Part shown: piece by piece, positions 17,116 through 28,746 of the stretch
How positions within the stretch are numbered: the stretch's first letter is position 1
How the letters are laid out: each line of letters starts with the position of its first letter
The notes under the pieces: model-generated
What the model was told of the DNA's origin: nothing
Databases searched by the model: none
The model's input: the letters and a program-made list of their open reading frames with translations, nothing else
NCBI GenBank assembly: GCA_033551855.1
Contig: JAWSUI010000034.1
Span: forward strand, 1-38,603
Direction of reading: 5' to 3'
Origin: Deferrisomatales bacterium
GTDB taxonomy: Bacteria > Desulfobacterota > Deferrisomatia > Deferrisomatales > JACRMM01
Length of the DNA stretch: 38,603 nucleotides
Position numbers and translations under genes: made by a program

Positions 17116-19118
17116 CGGGAGAGCACAGCCGAAAGCTCCCGGGGGAGGGGCGGCGGCGGGTGGTCGTCGAGGCCGTGCGGCCGGAGCTCGAGGGCGGAAG
17201 GTTTCCCGTGAAGCGGGTGGTGGGGGAGCCCCTCGCCGTCCGGGCCGATGTCTTCGGCGACGGCCACGACCGGGTAGGAGGCGTGCTCCGGTACCGCAAG
17301 GCCGGCCGAGAGGGGTGGGAAGAGGAGGCCCTGACACCCCTCGGGAACGATCGCTGGGAGGCCCGGTTCGTGCCGGAAGAGGTGGGGCGCTACGAATACG
17401 GCGTGGTGGCCTGGGCCGACCGGTTCGCCACCTGGCAGGAGGACGTGCGAAAGAAAGCCGCCGCGGGGCAGGAGGTGGCGGTGGATCTGCGGATGGGGGC
17501 CGCCCTGGTGGCGGCCGCGGCCTCTCGGGCCCGCGGGACCCCCGACGGCAAGCGGCTCGAGGACCTCTCCCGGGAGCTCGAGGGGGCTTCCGATCCCGCG
17601 ATCGCGGCGGCTCTGGCCTTGGGAGAGGAGCTCACCCGGCTCGCGACCCGGTGGCCCGACCGCTCCCTCGCCACCGAGTACGGCCGCACCCTGCCCCTGG
17701 TGGTGGACCCGCCGTTGGCGGGGTTCAGCAGCTGGTACGAGTTCTTCCCCCGCTCCTGCGGGGAAGGGCCCCACGGCACCCTGCGCGACGCCGAGCGCCT
17801 CCTTCCCGAGGTGGCCCGCATGGGGTTCGACGTGGTGTACCTGCCCCCGTTCCACCCCATCGGCGAGTCGTGCCGCAAGGGCCGAAACAACAGCCCGCGG
17901 GCCGAACCGGGCGACCCGGGAAGCCCCTGGGCCGTCGGGAGCCGGCGGGGAGGGCACCGGGCCGTCCACCCCGAGCTCGGCACCTTAGGGGACTACGAGG
18001 GGTTCGTGGCGGCCGCCGGGAAGCTGGGGATGCAGGTGGCGCTGGATCTGGCCTTCCAGTGCTCCCCCGACCACCCGTACGTCTCGAAACACCCGGCCTG
18101 GTTTCGGTGGCGCCCGGACGGCACCCTCCAGCACGCCGAGAACCCCCCCAAGAAGTACGAGGACATCGTCCCCCTGGACTTCGAGACCCCCGAGTGGGGC
18201 CCCTTGTGGGAGGAGCTCCTGGGGGTGGTTCTCTTCTGGGTCGAGCGCGGGGTGACGGTCTTCCGGGTGGACAACCCCCACACCAAGCCCTTCGCTTTCT
18301 GGGAGTGGCTGATCCGCGAGGTCAAGGGGGAGCACCCGGAGGTGGTCTTCCTCTCCGAGGCCTTCACCCGGCCCACGGTGATGCAGCGCCTCGCGAAGGT
18401 GGGCTTCACCCAGTCCTACACCTACTTCACCTGGCGCAACACCAAGGCCGAGCTCACCGAGTACCTGACCGAGCTCACCCGCACCGAGCTCCGGGAGCAC
18501 TTCCGGCCCAACTTCTGGCCCAACACCCCCGACATCCTCCCCGAGTACCTCCAGTACGGCGGGCGCACCGCCTTTGCCGCCCGGCTGGTGCTCGCGGCCA
18601 CCCTCTCGAGCAATTACGGGATCTACGGCCCCGCCTTCGAGCTGTGTGTCGCCGAGGCCGTGCCGGGCAAGGAGGAGTACCTCGACTCGGAGAAGTACGA
18701 GGTCAAGCGCTGGGAGCGGGACCGCCCCGGGAGCCTCGCTCCCCTGGTGGGCCGCGTGAACCGCATCCGGCGGGAGAACCCCGCGCTCCACTCCACCTGG
18801 AACCTCCGGTTCCACGAGGCGGACAACGACAACGTGCTCTTCTACGGGAAGACGAGCGAGGACGGCTCCAACGCACTTCTGATCGCCGTGAACCTCGATC
18901 CCTTCCAGTCCCAGACCTGTAATGTGCGCGTGCCCCTGGCCGAGCTCGGGATCGCGCCGGGTCGGCCCTACCTGATGCACGACCTGCTGGGGGAGGACCG
19001 GTTTCTCTGGCAGGGCGAGTGGAACCGTCTGGAGCTCGACCCCCGGGTGCTCCCCGCCCGGATCTTCCGGGTGCACAGCCGCCTGCGCCGGGAAGAGGAC
19101 TTCGACTACTTCCTGTGA
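17112..19118 (+). CDS. glgE: alpha-1,4-glucan:maltose-1-phosphate maltosyltransferase
   Basis: ATGA overlap with mscS. Motifs [44 protein letters not shown] and NTPDIL. Confidence 0.95.
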   Translation: MTGEHSRKLPGEGRRRVVVEAVRPELEGGRFPVKRVVGEPLAVRADVFGDGHDRVGGVLRYRKAGREGWEEEALTPLGNDRWEARFVPEEVGRYEYGVVAWADRFATWQEDVRKKAAAGQEVAVDLRMGAALVAAAASRARGTPDGKRLEDLSRELEGASDPAIAAALALGEELTRLATRWPDRSLATEYGRTLPLVVDPPLAGFSSWYEFFPRSCGEGPHGTLRDAERLLPEVARMGFDVVYLPPFHPIGESCRKGRNNSPRAEPGDPGSPWAVGSRRGGHRAVHPELGTLGDYEGFVAAAGKLGMQVALDLAFQCSPDHPYVSKHPAWFRWRPDGTLQHAENPPKKYEDIVPLDFETPEWGPLWEELLGVVLFWVERGVTVFRVDNPHTKPFAFWEWLIREVKGEHPEVVFLSEAFTRPTVMQRLAKVGFTQSYTYFTWRNTKAELTEYLTELTRTELREHFRPNFWPNTPDILPEYLQYGGRTAFAARLVLAATLSSNYGIYGPAFELCVAEAVPGKEEYLDSEKYEVKRWERDRPGSLAPLVGRVNRIRRENPALHSTWNLRFHEADNDNVLFYGKTSEDGSNALLIAVNLDPFQSQTCNVRVPLAELGIAPGRPYLMHDLLGEDRFLWQGEWNRLELDPRVLPARIFRVHSRLRREEDFDYFL

Positions 19119-19126
19119 CGGAGACC

Positions 19127-22100
19127 ATGACCGACCCTCTCTGGTACAAGGACGCCGTCGTCTACCAGCTTCACGTGAAGGCGTTTTGCGACAGCGACGC
19201 CGACGGCACCGGAGACCTCCGGGGCCTCATCGAGAAGCTCGACTATCTGGAGGGGCTCGGGGTGACCGCCCTGTGGCTCCTGCCCTTCTACCCCTCACCC
19301 CTCCGGGACGACGGGTACGACATCGCCGACTACTCCCGCGTCAACCCCACGTACGGCACCATGCGGGACTTCCGGGAGCTCCTCCGCCAAGCCCACCGGC
19401 GGGGACTGCGGGTCATCACCGAGCTCGTCCTGAATCACACCTCCGACCAGCACCCCTGGTTCCAGCGGGCCCGGCGGACCCCCCCGGGCTCGTCCCACCG
19501 CAAGTTCTACGTGTGGAGCGACTCCGCCGAGCGCTACGCCGACGCCCGGGTCATCTTCCAGGACTTCGAACCCTCCAACTGGAGCTGGGACCCGGTGGCC
19601 GGGGCCTACTTCTGGCACCGCTTCTATGCCCACCAGCCGGATCTCAACTTCGACCACCCCCCCGTGCACCGGGCGCTGCTGCGGGTCATGGACTACTGGC
19701 TGGGGATGGGCGTGGACGGCGTGCGCCTCGACGCCGTGCCCTACCTGTACGAACGGGAGGGGACCAACTGCGAGAACCTCCCCGAGACCCACGCTTTTCT
19801 CCGGAAGCTCCGGGCCCACGTGGATGCGCGCCACCCCGGCCGGATGCTCCTGGCCGAGGCCAACCAGTGGCCCGAGGACGCGGCAGCGTACTTCGGCGGG
19901 GGCGACGAGTGCCACATGGCCTTCCACTTCCCGGTCATGCCGCGCTTGTACATGGCGCTTCAGATGGAGGACCGGTTTCCCATTCTCGACATCCTCGAGC
20001 AGACCCCGGCCATCCCCGACTCCTGCCAGTGGGCCATGTTCCTGCGCAACCACGACGAGCTCACCCTGGAGATGGTCACCGACGAAGAGCGCGACTACAT
20101 GTACCGGGCCTACGCCCGCGACCCCCGGGCCCGGATCAACCTGGGGATCCGCCGGCGCCTGGCACCGCTCCTGCGAAACAGCCGCCGCCGCATCGAGCTC
20201 ATGAACATCCTGCTCTTCTCCCTGCCGGGCACCCCCATCGTCTACTACGGCGACGAAATCGGCATGGGAGACAACCACTACCTGGGCGACCGGGACGGCG
20301 TTCGCACCCCCATGCAGTGGAGCCCCGACCGAAACGCCGGCTTCTCCCGGGCGAGCCCCCAGCAGCTCTACCTGCCCCCCATCCTCGAGCCCGAGTACCA
20401 CTTCCAGACCGTCAACGTGGAGAACCAGGAGCGCAACCCCTCGTCGCTCCTCTGGTGGATGCGCCGGGTCATCGCCATGCGCCGCCGCTACCGGGCCTTC
20501 GGCCGGGGGACCCTGGAGGTGGTTCCGAGCGACAACCCCAGGGTGCTCTCCTTCGTGCGGCGCTGGGGAGAGGAAACCGTGCTCGTGGTGGCCAACCTCT
20601 CGCGCTTCTCCCAGGCGGTGGAGCTGGACCTGGGCCGGTGGGCGGGCTGCACCCCCGTGGAGGTATTCAGCCGCAACCGCTTCCCCCCGGTGGGGAGGGG
20701 GCCCTACGTCCTCACCCTCACGAACCACGCCTACTACTGGTTCGAGCTGGCGCCGGAGCGACGGGCCGCGGAGGCTGAAGGGGGGGAGAACCTGCCGCGG
20801 CTCGAGACCCCGGGAAGCTGGCACCAGCTCCTGCGGGGGGAAGGCCTCGAAAACCTCCAGGTTTCGGTGCTGCCCCCGTTCCTGTCCCGCCAGCGGTGGT
20901 TTCGGAGCAAGGCCCGGTCGCTTCTCGCGGTCCACGTGGCCGAGGCCGCCGAACTCCCCGGGACCGAGGCCCGGCTGCTCTTCCTCCAGGCCAGCTATGC
21001 CGAGGGTGCGGCCGAGATCTACCTCCTCCCCCTCGCCTTCGAGCCGGGCCGGCCCAGGCCCGGGGGCGAGCCGCCCCCGGGGGCCCTGCTGGCAACGGTG
21101 CGCTGCCGGGAGGGGGAAGGGGTCCTGTACGACGCCGTCCACGCGCCGTCCTTCCGCGACTGGCTCCTGCAGGCCGTGGCAGGGCGCAGGCGCGTGCCCA
21201 CCCCCGGAGGCGAGTTGGCAGGTCTTCCCGGCCGGGACTTTGCCCGGCTCGCCGGAGCCAGGCACCCGCACCTCTCCTCCCGCGTCCTGCGAACCGAGCA
21301 GACCAACACGGCCGTGACCTACGACCATGCCCTCTTCCTCAAGCTCTACCGGGCGGTGGAGGAGGGCCCCAGCCCCGACGTCGAGGTGGCCCGGTTCCTC
21401 GGGGAGCAGGCCGGCCTTGCCCACACCCCGCCCTTCGCAGGGCTCCTCGAATACCGCCGCCCGGGCGCCCACCCGGCGCCCCTGGCCCTCCTCCAGGGCT
21501 TCGTCCCCAACGAGGGGGACGCCTGGTCCTGGGCCCTGGACCGGCTCGGCCACACCCTGGAACGGGCGGAAAGGAGGGGGGGGCCCGCCCCTCCGCCGCC
21601 GGAGTGGCACGGGCCGCGGGGGGCAGGGACGAGCCTCGCGGAGGAGGAGCTCCTGGACGGGCACTTCCCGGAGCTGGTAGAGCTTCTGGGGATTCGCACC
21701 GCCCAGATGCACCGGGCCCTCGCGTCGGCGGCCGAGGACCCGGCGTTTCGGCCGGAGCCCTTCTCCACCCTCTATCAGCGCTCCGTCTACCAATCCATGC
21801 GTTCCCTGGTGCGCCGGGTGTTCGGGCTCCTCGAGAAGAAGCGAGGCTCCCTGCCGGAGCCGGTCGCCTCCCTGGCCGAGGACGTGCTCGGCGCCGAGCC
21901 CCGCCTGCTCGCGCAACTGGCGGGGATCACGGGCCGGAAGCTTTCGGGGATGAAGATCCGCATCCACGGGGATTACCACCTGGGCCAGGCCCTCTTCACC
22001 GGCAAGGACTTTGCCGTCATCGACTTCGAGGGGGAGCCCGCGCGCCCGCCGGGGGAACGGAGGCTGAAGCGCTCGGCCCTGAGGGACGTGGCGGGGATGA

Positions 22101-22426
22101 TCCGGTCGTTCCACTACGCCGGGCGGGCGGGGCTGGAGCGGTACCGGGGGACACGGCCGGGGGAGTCCTCCGGCCTGGAACCCTGGGTGCGGTGGTGGCA
22201 GGGCTACGCCGCCGGGCGGTTCCTCCGCTCGTACCTGGAGGAGGCCCGGGGAGCTCCCTTCCTCCCCGCCGACCCCGGCGAGCTCGGGCCCCTGCTCCGG
22301 GCCTTCCTCCTGGACAAGGCGGTCTACGAGCTCGGCTACGAGCTCAACAACCGCCCCGCCTGGGCAGAGATCCCCCTGCGGGGCATCCTGGAGACGCTGG
22401 AGGAAGCGGGAACGAACCACCCCTAG
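19127..22426 (+). CDS. treS: trehalose synthase TreS fused to C-terminal maltokinase (Mak/Pep2)
   Basis: N-terminal motifs [31 protein letters not shown] and [12 protein letters not shown]-terminal motifs [30 protein letters not shown] and [10 protein letters not shown]. Confidence 0.95.
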   Translation: MTDPLWYKDAVVYQLHVKAFCDSDADGTGDLRGLIEKLDYLEGLGVTALWLLPFYPSPLRDDGYDIADYSRVNPTYGTMRDFRELLRQAHRRGLRVITELVLNHTSDQHPWFQRARRTPPGSSHRKFYVWSDSAERYADARVIFQDFEPSNWSWDPVAGAYFWHRFYAHQPDLNFDHPPVHRALLRVMDYWLGMGVDGVRLDAVPYLYEREGTNCENLPETHAFLRKLRAHVDARHPGRMLLAEANQWPEDAAAYFGGGDECHMAFHFPVMPRLYMALQMEDRFPILDILEQTPAIPDSCQWAMFLRNHDELTLEMVTDEERDYMYRAYARDPRARINLGIRRRLAPLLRNSRRRIELMNILLFSLPGTPIVYYGDEIGMGDNHYLGDRDGVRTPMQWSPDRNAGFSRASPQQLYLPPILEPEYHFQTVNVENQERNPSSLLWWMRRVIAMRRRYRAFGRGTLEVVPSDNPRVLSFVRRWGEETVLVVANLSRFSQAVELDLGRWAGCTPVEVFSRNRFPPVGRGPYVLTLTNHAYYWFELAPERRAAEAEGGENLPRLETPGSWHQLLRGEGLENLQVSVLPPFLSRQRWFRSKARSLLAVHVAEAAELPGTEARLLFLQASYAEGAAEIYLLPLAFEPGRPRPGGEPPPGALLATVRCREGEGVLYDAVHAPSFRDWLLQAVAGRRRVPTPGGELAGLPGRDFARLAGARHPHLSSRVLRTEQTNTAVTYDHALFLKLYRAVEEGPSPDVEVARFLGEQAGLAHTPPFAGLLEYRRPGAHPAPLALLQGFVPNEGDAWSWALDRLGHTLERAERRGGPAPPPPEWHGPRGAGTSLAEEELLDGHFPELVELLGIRTAQMHRALASAAEDPAFRPEPFSTLYQRSVYQSMRSLVRRVFGLLEKKRGSLPEPVASLAEDVLGAEPRLLAQLAGITGRKLSGMKIRIHGDYHLGQALFTGKDFAVIDFEGEPARPPGERRLKRSALRDVAGMIRSFHYAGRAGLERYRGTRPGESSGLEPWVRWWQGYAAGRFLRSYLEEARGAPFLPADPGELGPLLRAFLLDKAVYELGYELNNRPAWAEIPLRGILETLEEAGTNHP

Positions 22427-22433
22427 ACGCGAA

Positions 22434-22492
22434 GTCGGGGCGTGCCCCGACACCCTCCCACTGCCCCGGGGATCGTCGGGGTGGGCCCCGAC
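22434..22492. repeat. pair of 18-bp palindromes GTCGGGG-NNN-GCCCCGAC
   Basis: GTCGGGGCGTGCCCCGAC (22434-22451) and GTCGGGGTGGGCCCCGAC (22475-22492) lie between treS and glgB. Confidence 0.6.
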
Positions 22493-22539
22493 CCGCGGCT
22501 TGCCCAAGGAGCCGCCGAGACGCTTTCTGGGAGAACGCC

Positions 22540-24453
22540 GTGACCGAGATCCTATATGCCCCGAGCCTGATCACCGAGCAAGACGTGTACCTCTTCCGGG
22601 AAGGCCGCCACTTCCGCCTCTATGAGAAGCTCGGGGCCCACCCCCTGGAGCACGAAGGAGCCGAGGGGACGCTCTTTGCCGTGTGGGCACCCAACGCGCG
22701 GGCGGTGTCGGTCCTGGGGGAGTGGAACGGGTGGGATCCCGGGGTCCATCCCCTGCAGCCCCGCTGGGACGGCTCCGGGATCTGGGAGGGCTTCGTCCCG
22801 GAGGTGGGCCGCGGCGCCCACTACAAGTACCGGGTGGAGGGCCCTGGGGGCTTCCGGGCCGACAAAGGGGACCCCTACGCCACCCGCTGGGAGCCGCCCC
22901 CTCGCACCGCCTCCATCGTCCACGGCCTCGACTACGAGTGGGGCGACGGGGAGTGGATGGCCTCCCGGGGGGGCCGAAACGCCCTCTCGGCGCCCATGGC
23001 CGTCTACGAGGTCCACTTGGGCTCCTGGCGGCGCGTGCCCGAGGAGGGGGACCGCCCGCTCACCTACCGAGAGCTCGCCCCCCGGCTTGCCGAGCATTGC
23101 CGGGAGATGGGGTTTACCCACGTGGAGCTCCTCCCGGTGATGGAGCACCCTTTCTACGGCTCCTGGGGCTACCAGACCACCGGCTACTTCGCCCCCACCT
23201 CTCGGTACGGATCGCCCCAGGACCTCATGTTCCTCATCGACACGCTCCACCGACACGGCGTGGGGGTGATCCTGGACTGGGTCCCCTCCCATTTCCCGTC
23301 CGACGAGCACGGCCTGGCCTACTTCGACGGCACCCACCTCTACGAGCACGCCGACCCCAAGGAGGGGTTCCACCCGGACTGGCAGAGCTACATCTTCAAC
23401 TATGGCCGGAACGAAGTGCCCGGGTTCCTGATCTCGAGCGCGCTCTTCTGGCTCGACCGCTACCACGCCGACGGGCTGCGCGTGGACGCAGTGGCTTCCA
23501 TGCTCTACCGGGACTACGCGCGGAAGGACGGCGAGTGGATCCCCAACCGGTACGGGGGCCGGGAGAACCTGGAAGCCATCGAGTTCTTGAAGCTCCTCAA
23601 CCGCACGGTGTACGAGAGCTTCCCCGACGTGCAGGTGTTCGCCGAGGAGTCCACGGCCTGGCCCCTGGTCACCCGGCCGGTGCACGTGGGTGGCCTGGGG
23701 TTCGGGCTCAAGTGGAACATGGGGTGGATGCACGACACCCTTGCCTATTTCTCCCAGGATCCGATCCACCGCAAGTACCACCAAGACCGGCTCACATTCA
23801 GCCTCCTGTATGCCTTTACCGAGAACTTCCTCCTGCCCCTCTCCCACGACGAGGTGGTGTACGGCAAGGGCTCGCTCCTGCAGCAGATGCCGGGGGACGA
23901 CTGGCAGCGCTTCGCCAACCTGCGGGTGCTCCTGGGGTACCAGGTGGCACACCCGGGGAAGGTGCTGCTCTTCATGGGGGGGGAGTTCGGGCAGCGGGAC
24001 GAGTGGTACCACGAGAAGAGTCTCGACTGGCACCTCCTGGAGCACGAGCCCCACCAGGGGGTGAAGCGCTGGGTGCAGGATCTCCTGGCCTTCTACCGCG
24101 GGGAGCCCGCCCTCTTCGACCAGGACTTCGCCGAGGCGGGGTTTTCGTGGGTGGACTGCCGCGACGCGGACCAGAGCGTGGTGAGCTTTCTGCGCCGGGG
24201 GCGGGAACCCGGAAACGAGATCCTGGTCGTCGTGAACTTCACCCCGGTTCCCCGCCCCAACTACCGGGTAGGGGTGCCCCGGGGAGGGCACTGGAGGGAA
24301 GCCCTGAACAGCGACGCCCGCCTCTACGGGGGCTCGGGGTGGGGCAACCTGGGGGGCTTGGAGGCGACCCCGGCGCCCTCCCACGGCCACTTCCACTCCC
24401 TGAGCCTCACCTTGCCCCCCCTGGGGATCCTCTTCTTCCGGCCAGAAGGGTGA
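22540..24453 (+). CDS. glgB: 1,4-alpha-glucan branching enzyme (GH13)
   Basis: Motifs [56 protein letters not shown] and LSHDEVV. Confidence 0.96.
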   Translation: MTEILYAPSLITEQDVYLFREGRHFRLYEKLGAHPLEHEGAEGTLFAVWAPNARAVSVLGEWNGWDPGVHPLQPRWDGSGIWEGFVPEVGRGAHYKYRVEGPGGFRADKGDPYATRWEPPPRTASIVHGLDYEWGDGEWMASRGGRNALSAPMAVYEVHLGSWRRVPEEGDRPLTYRELAPRLAEHCREMGFTHVELLPVMEHPFYGSWGYQTTGYFAPTSRYGSPQDLMFLIDTLHRHGVGVILDWVPSHFPSDEHGLAYFDGTHLYEHADPKEGFHPDWQSYIFNYGRNEVPGFLISSALFWLDRYHADGLRVDAVASMLYRDYARKDGEWIPNRYGGRENLEAIEFLKLLNRTVYESFPDVQVFAEESTAWPLVTRPVHVGGLGFGLKWNMGWMHDTLAYFSQDPIHRKYHQDRLTFSLLYAFTENFLLPLSHDEVVYGKGSLLQQMPGDDWQRFANLRVLLGYQVAHPGKVLLFMGGEFGQRDEWYHEKSLDWHLLEHEPHQGVKRWVQDLLAFYRGEPALFDQDFAEAGFSWVDCRDADQSVVSFLRRGREPGNEILVVVNFTPVPRPNYRVGVPRGGHWREALNSDARLYGGSGWGNLGGLEATPAPSHGHFHSLSLTLPPLGILFFRPEG

Positions 24454-24458
24454 GGGCG

Positions 24459-26297
24459 ATGTCCGAGCCGCACACCCGACGGGCGGGCGCACTCCCTTCG
24501 CCGGAGGGGGGAACCCGGTTCTCGGTGTGGACGCCGGGGCGCCGCAAGGTCGAGGTGTGCCTGCGCGGCCCGTTGGAAGGGCGCCGGGAGCTCTCCCCCC
24601 TGGGTACCGGGTACTGGGGTGCCGACCTGCCGGACGTGGCCGACGGCACCCTGTACTCCTTCGTTCTCGACGGAGAGCTCACGCGTCCCGACCCCGCCTC
24701 GCGTTGTCAGCCCGAGGGAGTGCACGGCCCCTCCCAGGTGGTCACGGCGTCCTTTCCCTGGGGTGATGGGGGCTGGGCCGGCCTGGGGCTCCCGGAGCTC
24801 GTCTTCTACGAGCTCCACGTGGGGACCTTCACCCCGGAGGGCACCTTCGAGGCGGTCATCCCCCGCCTGCCGGAGCTGCGAGACCTGGGAGTCACCGCCC
24901 TGGAGCTCATGCCCGTCGCCGCCTTCCCGGGGGACCGCAACTGGGGCTACGACGGCGTCTACCCCTTTGCGGTCCAGGCCTCCTACGGGGGCCCGGAAGG
25001 CCTCAAGCGCTTGGTGGACGCGTGCCACCGCCGGGGGCTCGCGGTCTTCCTCGACGTGGTCTACAACCACCTGGGGCCAGAGGGCAACTACCTGGCCGAC
25101 TTCGGCCCCTACTTCACCGACCGGTATCGGACCCCCTGGGGCCGGGCGCTCAACTTCGACGGCCCCGACAGCGACCCGGTCCGCGCCTACTTCATCCAGA
25201 ACGCGCTCCAGTGGCTCGAGGAGTACCGGTGCGACGGCCTGCGGCTCGACGCCATCCACGCTATCGTCGACACCAGTGCCCGCCCCTTCCTCCAGGAGCT
25301 GGCCGAGGAGGTGGAGGCCCTGGAGGCGCGGCTGGGGCGTCGGCTCCACCTGGTGGCGGAGAGCGACCGAAACGACCCCCGGTTCGTGCGACGCCGGGAA
25401 CAGGGAGGGGTCGGTCTGGGGGCCGAGTGGTGCGACGACTTCCACCACTCCCTCCACGCCCTCCTCACCGGGGAGCGGGGGGGCTACTACGCCGACTTCG
25501 GAGAAGCCGAGCACCTCGCCAAGTCCTACCGGGAGGGGTTCGTGTACTCGGGCCATTACTCCCATTACCGCCGCCGCCGGCACGGAGCCACCTCGGCGGA
25601 CCTGCCGGGGGAGCGCTTCGTGGCCTTCGCCCAGAACCACGACCAGGTGGGCAATCGGATGCAGGGTGAGCGCCTGGCGGCCCTGGTTCCCTTCGAGGCC
25701 CTCAAGGTCGCGGCCGCCGCGGTCCTCCTCTCCCCCTACCTGCCCCTTCTCTTCATGGGGGAGGAGTATGGGGAGCAGGCCCCCTTCCTCTACTTCGTGA
25801 GCCACGGGGACCCGGACCTCGTCCGAGCCGTCCGGGAGGGGCGCAAGGCCGAGTTCGCCGCCTTCGGCTGGTGCCGGGAGCCCCCCGACCCCCAGGCCGA
25901 GGAGACCTTCGGGCGCTCGGTCCTCCGGTGGGAGCTCGGGCGCGAGGGCCGCGGGCTGACCCTGCGGGAGTTCCACCGGGAATGCCTGCGCCTGCGCCGG
26001 GAGCTCCCCGCCCTGCCGTGCCCGGACAAGGCCGGCCTTCGCGCCCAAGCCGTGCAGGGGCGGCGGGCGCTCTGGGTCGGCCGGGGCACCCGAGAGGAGG
26101 AGGTACTCCTGGGCCTGAACTTCGAGACCGTCCCCGCGACCCTGCCCGCCCCAGGGGGTTCCTGGCGGCTTCTCCTGGACTCGGCCGCCCCCCGCTGGGC
26201 GGGGCCGGGGACCGCCCACGAACCCCCGGCCCCCGGCCGACTCTTTCTCCCCGGGCCGGGGGCGGCCCTGTGGGTACGGGCCGGGGAAGCGGTCTGA
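24459..26297 (+). CDS. treZ: malto-oligosyltrehalose trehalohydrolase
   Basis: Motifs PDPASRCQPEGVHGPS, YELHVGTFTPEG, NWGYDGV, LRLDAIH, QNHDQVGNR and VREGRKAEF. Confidence 0.94.
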   Translation: MSEPHTRRAGALPSPEGGTRFSVWTPGRRKVEVCLRGPLEGRRELSPLGTGYWGADLPDVADGTLYSFVLDGELTRPDPASRCQPEGVHGPSQVVTASFPWGDGGWAGLGLPELVFYELHVGTFTPEGTFEAVIPRLPELRDLGVTALELMPVAAFPGDRNWGYDGVYPFAVQASYGGPEGLKRLVDACHRRGLAVFLDVVYNHLGPEGNYLADFGPYFTDRYRTPWGRALNFDGPDSDPVRAYFIQNALQWLEEYRCDGLRLDAIHAIVDTSARPFLQELAEEVEALEARLGRRLHLVAESDRNDPRFVRRREQGGVGLGAEWCDDFHHSLHALLTGERGGYYADFGEAEHLAKSYREGFVYSGHYSHYRRRRHGATSADLPGERFVAFAQNHDQVGNRMQGERLAALVPFEALKVAAAAVLLSPYLPLLFMGEEYGEQAPFLYFVSHGDPDLVRAVREGRKAEFAAFGWCREPPDPQAEETFGRSVLRWELGREGRGLTLREFHRECLRLRRELPALPCPDKAGLRAQAVQGRRALWVGRGTREEEVLLGLNFETVPATLPAPGGSWRLLLDSAAPRWAGPGTAHEPPAPGRLFLPGPGAALWVRAGEAV

Positions 26298-26319
26298 ATC
26301 GCTCGCACGAGGAGGCCCC

Positions 26320-28746
26320 ATGGACCGCTGCGTCTGCATTCACGCCCACTTCTACCAGCCCCCCCGGGAGAACCCCTGGCTCGAGGTGGTGGAGCTGCAG
26401 GACTCCGCATACCCCTACCACGACTGGAACGCCCGCATCACCGCCGAGTGTTACGAGCCCAACGCCGCTTCCCGCATCCTCGACGGGGAGGGCCGCATCG
26501 CCGACATCGTGAACAACTACTCCCGGATCAGTTTCAATGTGGGCCCCACCCTGCTCTCCTGGCTCGAGCTCCACGCCCCCGAGGTCTACGCCGCCATCCT
26601 GGAGGCCGACCGGCAGAGCCGGGAGCGCTACGCGGGGCACGGCAGCGCCCTGGCCCAGGCATACAGCCACCTGATCATGCCCCTGGCCAACACCCGCGAC
26701 AAGCGCACCCAGATCCGCTGGGGGATCGCCGACTTCGAGCGCCGGTTCGGCCGGCGGCCCGAGGGGATGTGGCTGGCGGAGACCGCCGCGGATCTGGAGA
26801 CCCTCGACCTCCTGGCCGAGGAGGGGCTGCGGTTCACGATCCTGGCGCCCCGCCAGGCCCGCCGGGTGCGCCGCCTGGAGGGAGGCGAGTGGGAGGAGGT
26901 GGGCGAGGGGATCGACCCCCGGGTCCCCTACCTGTGCCGCCTGCCCTCGGGACGGGAGTTCGCGCTCTTCTTCTACGACGGGCCCATCGCCCAGGATCTG
27001 GCCTTCGGAGGGCTCCTCAACGACGGGGGCGCTTTCGCGCGGCGCCTCGAAGAGGCCTTTGTGGAGGACGACCCGAGCCCCCAGCTCGTCCACGTGGCCA
27101 CCGATGGGGAGAGCTACGGCCACCACCACCGGGGCGGAGACATGGCCCTGGCCTACTGCATTCACCATCTGGAGGAGAAGGACTCGATCCGCCTCACCGT
27201 CTACGGGGAGTTCCTGGAGCGGCACCCCCCGGAGCGGGAAGTGGAGATCCACGAGGGGAGCTCCTGGAGCTGCATCCACGGCGTGGAGCGCTGGCGGGCC
27301 GACTGTGGGTGCAACTCGGGGGGGCGGCCGGGGTGGAGCCAGGCCTGGCGGGGACCCTTGCGGGCCGCCATGGATTGGCTCCGGGACAGCCTGGCCGGCC
27401 CTTACGAGGAGGCGCTCGGAGCCCTGGTGCGCGACCCGTGGGACGCCCGGGACCGGTATGTGGAAGTGCTCCTGGACCGCAGCGAAGACAACGTGGGCTC
27501 CTTCCTGGAGCGCCACGCAACCCGGGAGCTCTCCGCCGAGGAGAAGGTGCGGGCACTGCGCCTCCTCGAGCTCCAGCGACACGCACTGCTCATGTACACG
27601 AGCTGCGGGTGGTTCTTCGACGAGCTCTCGGGGCTCGAGACCGTGCAGGTGCTCCAGTACGCGGCCCGGGCCCTCCAACTCGCCCGGGAGGCCTGCGGGG
27701 TGGACCTGGAGCCCGAGTACGTGGAACGTCTGAAGGCCGCCCCCAGCAACCTCCCCGAGCTTGGAAACGGCGCCCAGGTCTTCACCCGATACGTGCGCCC
27801 CGCCGCCCTGGACCTTTTTCGTGTGGGCGCCCACTATGCCATCTCCTCGGCCTTCGAGGACTACCCGGAAACGACGCAGATCTTCTCCTATAACGTCCGC
27901 AACGAGCGCCAGAGCCGCACTGATGCCGGCCGGCAGCGGCTCGTGGTGGGCCGGGCCCTGGCGCGCTCGTCCATCACCTGGAACGAGGCAGAGGTGAGCT
28001 ATGCGGTGCTCGACCTGGGGGACCACAACGTCCTCGGGGGAGTGCGGGAGTTCCTGGGGGAGGAGGCCTTCGCGGTCATGTCGGCCGAGGTGCGGGAGCC
28101 CTTCCTGCGCAGCGACGTGCCGGAAGTCATCCGGGTGATCGACCGTCACTTCGGGGACCACACGTACTCCCTGTGGCACCTCTTCCGTGACGAGCAGCGC
28201 AAGGTCCTCGACCAGATCCGCTATACCACCCTGGAAGAGGTGGAGGGAACGCTGCGCCAGATCTACCAGAAGAACTACCCCATCATGAACTTCCTCCAAA
28301 CCCTCGGGATTCCCCTGCCCATGGCGCTCCGGATGTCCGCGGAATTCGCCGTCAATGCCGAGCTCGTGGGGCTCTTTCGGGCAGAGGAGTTGGATCCGGA
28401 GCGCCTGGCCGACCTCCTCGAGGAGGTCGGCCGGTGGTCCCTCGAGATCGACCGCCGGCTCCTGGGCTTCGTGGCCGGCCAATGGCTCACGGAGCGCACG
28501 GAGCGCTGGGCGCGAGACCCGGCCCAACTCGGGGAGCTCGAAGCGGCGGACCGCGTCCTGACCCGGCTCGCGCCGGCGGGGGTAGAGCTCAACCTGCGCA
28601 GGGCGCAGAACGTCTTCTTCGCGGTGACCCGCCGCCTCGCCGGTCCCATGGCCGCCGCCTCGGGAGAGGGCCGGGAGTTCGCGACGGACTGGCTCGATCA
28701 CGTCCGCCGCCTGAGCGACCACCTGGGCGTACGTGTGGAGCCGTGA
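26320..28746 (+). CDS. GH57 family glycoside hydrolase with DUF3536 domain
   Basis: Motifs HAHFYQPPRENPW, GMWLAET, ATDGESYGHH, SWSCIHGVERW and MYTSCGWFFDE. Confidence 0.88.
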   Translation: MDRCVCIHAHFYQPPRENPWLEVVELQDSAYPYHDWNARITAECYEPNAASRILDGEGRIADIVNNYSRISFNVGPTLLSWLELHAPEVYAAILEADRQSRERYAGHGSALAQAYSHLIMPLANTRDKRTQIRWGIADFERRFGRRPEGMWLAETAADLETLDLLAEEGLRFTILAPRQARRVRRLEGGEWEEVGEGIDPRVPYLCRLPSGREFALFFYDGPIAQDLAFGGLLNDGGAFARRLEEAFVEDDPSPQLVHVATDGESYGHHHRGGDMALAYCIHHLEEKDSIRLTVYGEFLERHPPEREVEIHEGSSWSCIHGVERWRADCGCNSGGRPGWSQAWRGPLRAAMDWLRDSLAGPYEEALGALVRDPWDARDRYVEVLLDRSEDNVGSFLERHATRELSAEEKVRALRLLELQRHALLMYTSCGWFFDELSGLETVQVLQYAARALQLAREACGVDLEPEYVERLKAAPSNLPELGNGAQVFTRYVRPAALDLFRVGAHYAISSAFEDYPETTQIFSYNVRNERQSRTDAGRQRLVVGRALARSSITWNEAEVSYAVLDLGDHNVLGGVREFLGEEAFAVMSAEVREPFLRSDVPEVIRVIDRHFGDHTYSLWHLFRDEQRKVLDQIRYTTLEEVEGTLRQIYQKNYPIMNFLQTLGIPLPMALRMSAEFAVNAELVGLFRAEELDPERLADLLEEVGRWSLEIDRRLLGFVAGQWLTERTERWARDPAQLGELEAADRVLTRLAPAGVELNLRRAQNVFFAVTRRLAGPMAAASGEGREFATDWLDHVRRLSDHLGVRVEP

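Noticed and set aside
19295..22507. Very long antisense/alternate-frame ORFs (e.g. 19295-22507 -, 10645-14109 +, 25753-28761 -, 6261-8927 +)
   Set aside because: They are shadows of real genes in very GC-rich DNA. They have no family motifs and show Arg/Pro/Gly-rich or antisense-typical composition.
20896..22539. Long N-terminal extensions on glgB, treZ, glgE, aguB, the M14 hydrolase and the octaheme cytochrome in the ORF track
   Set aside because: They overlap upstream genes. Downstream starts with an RBS or stop/start overlap coincide with the onset of homology.
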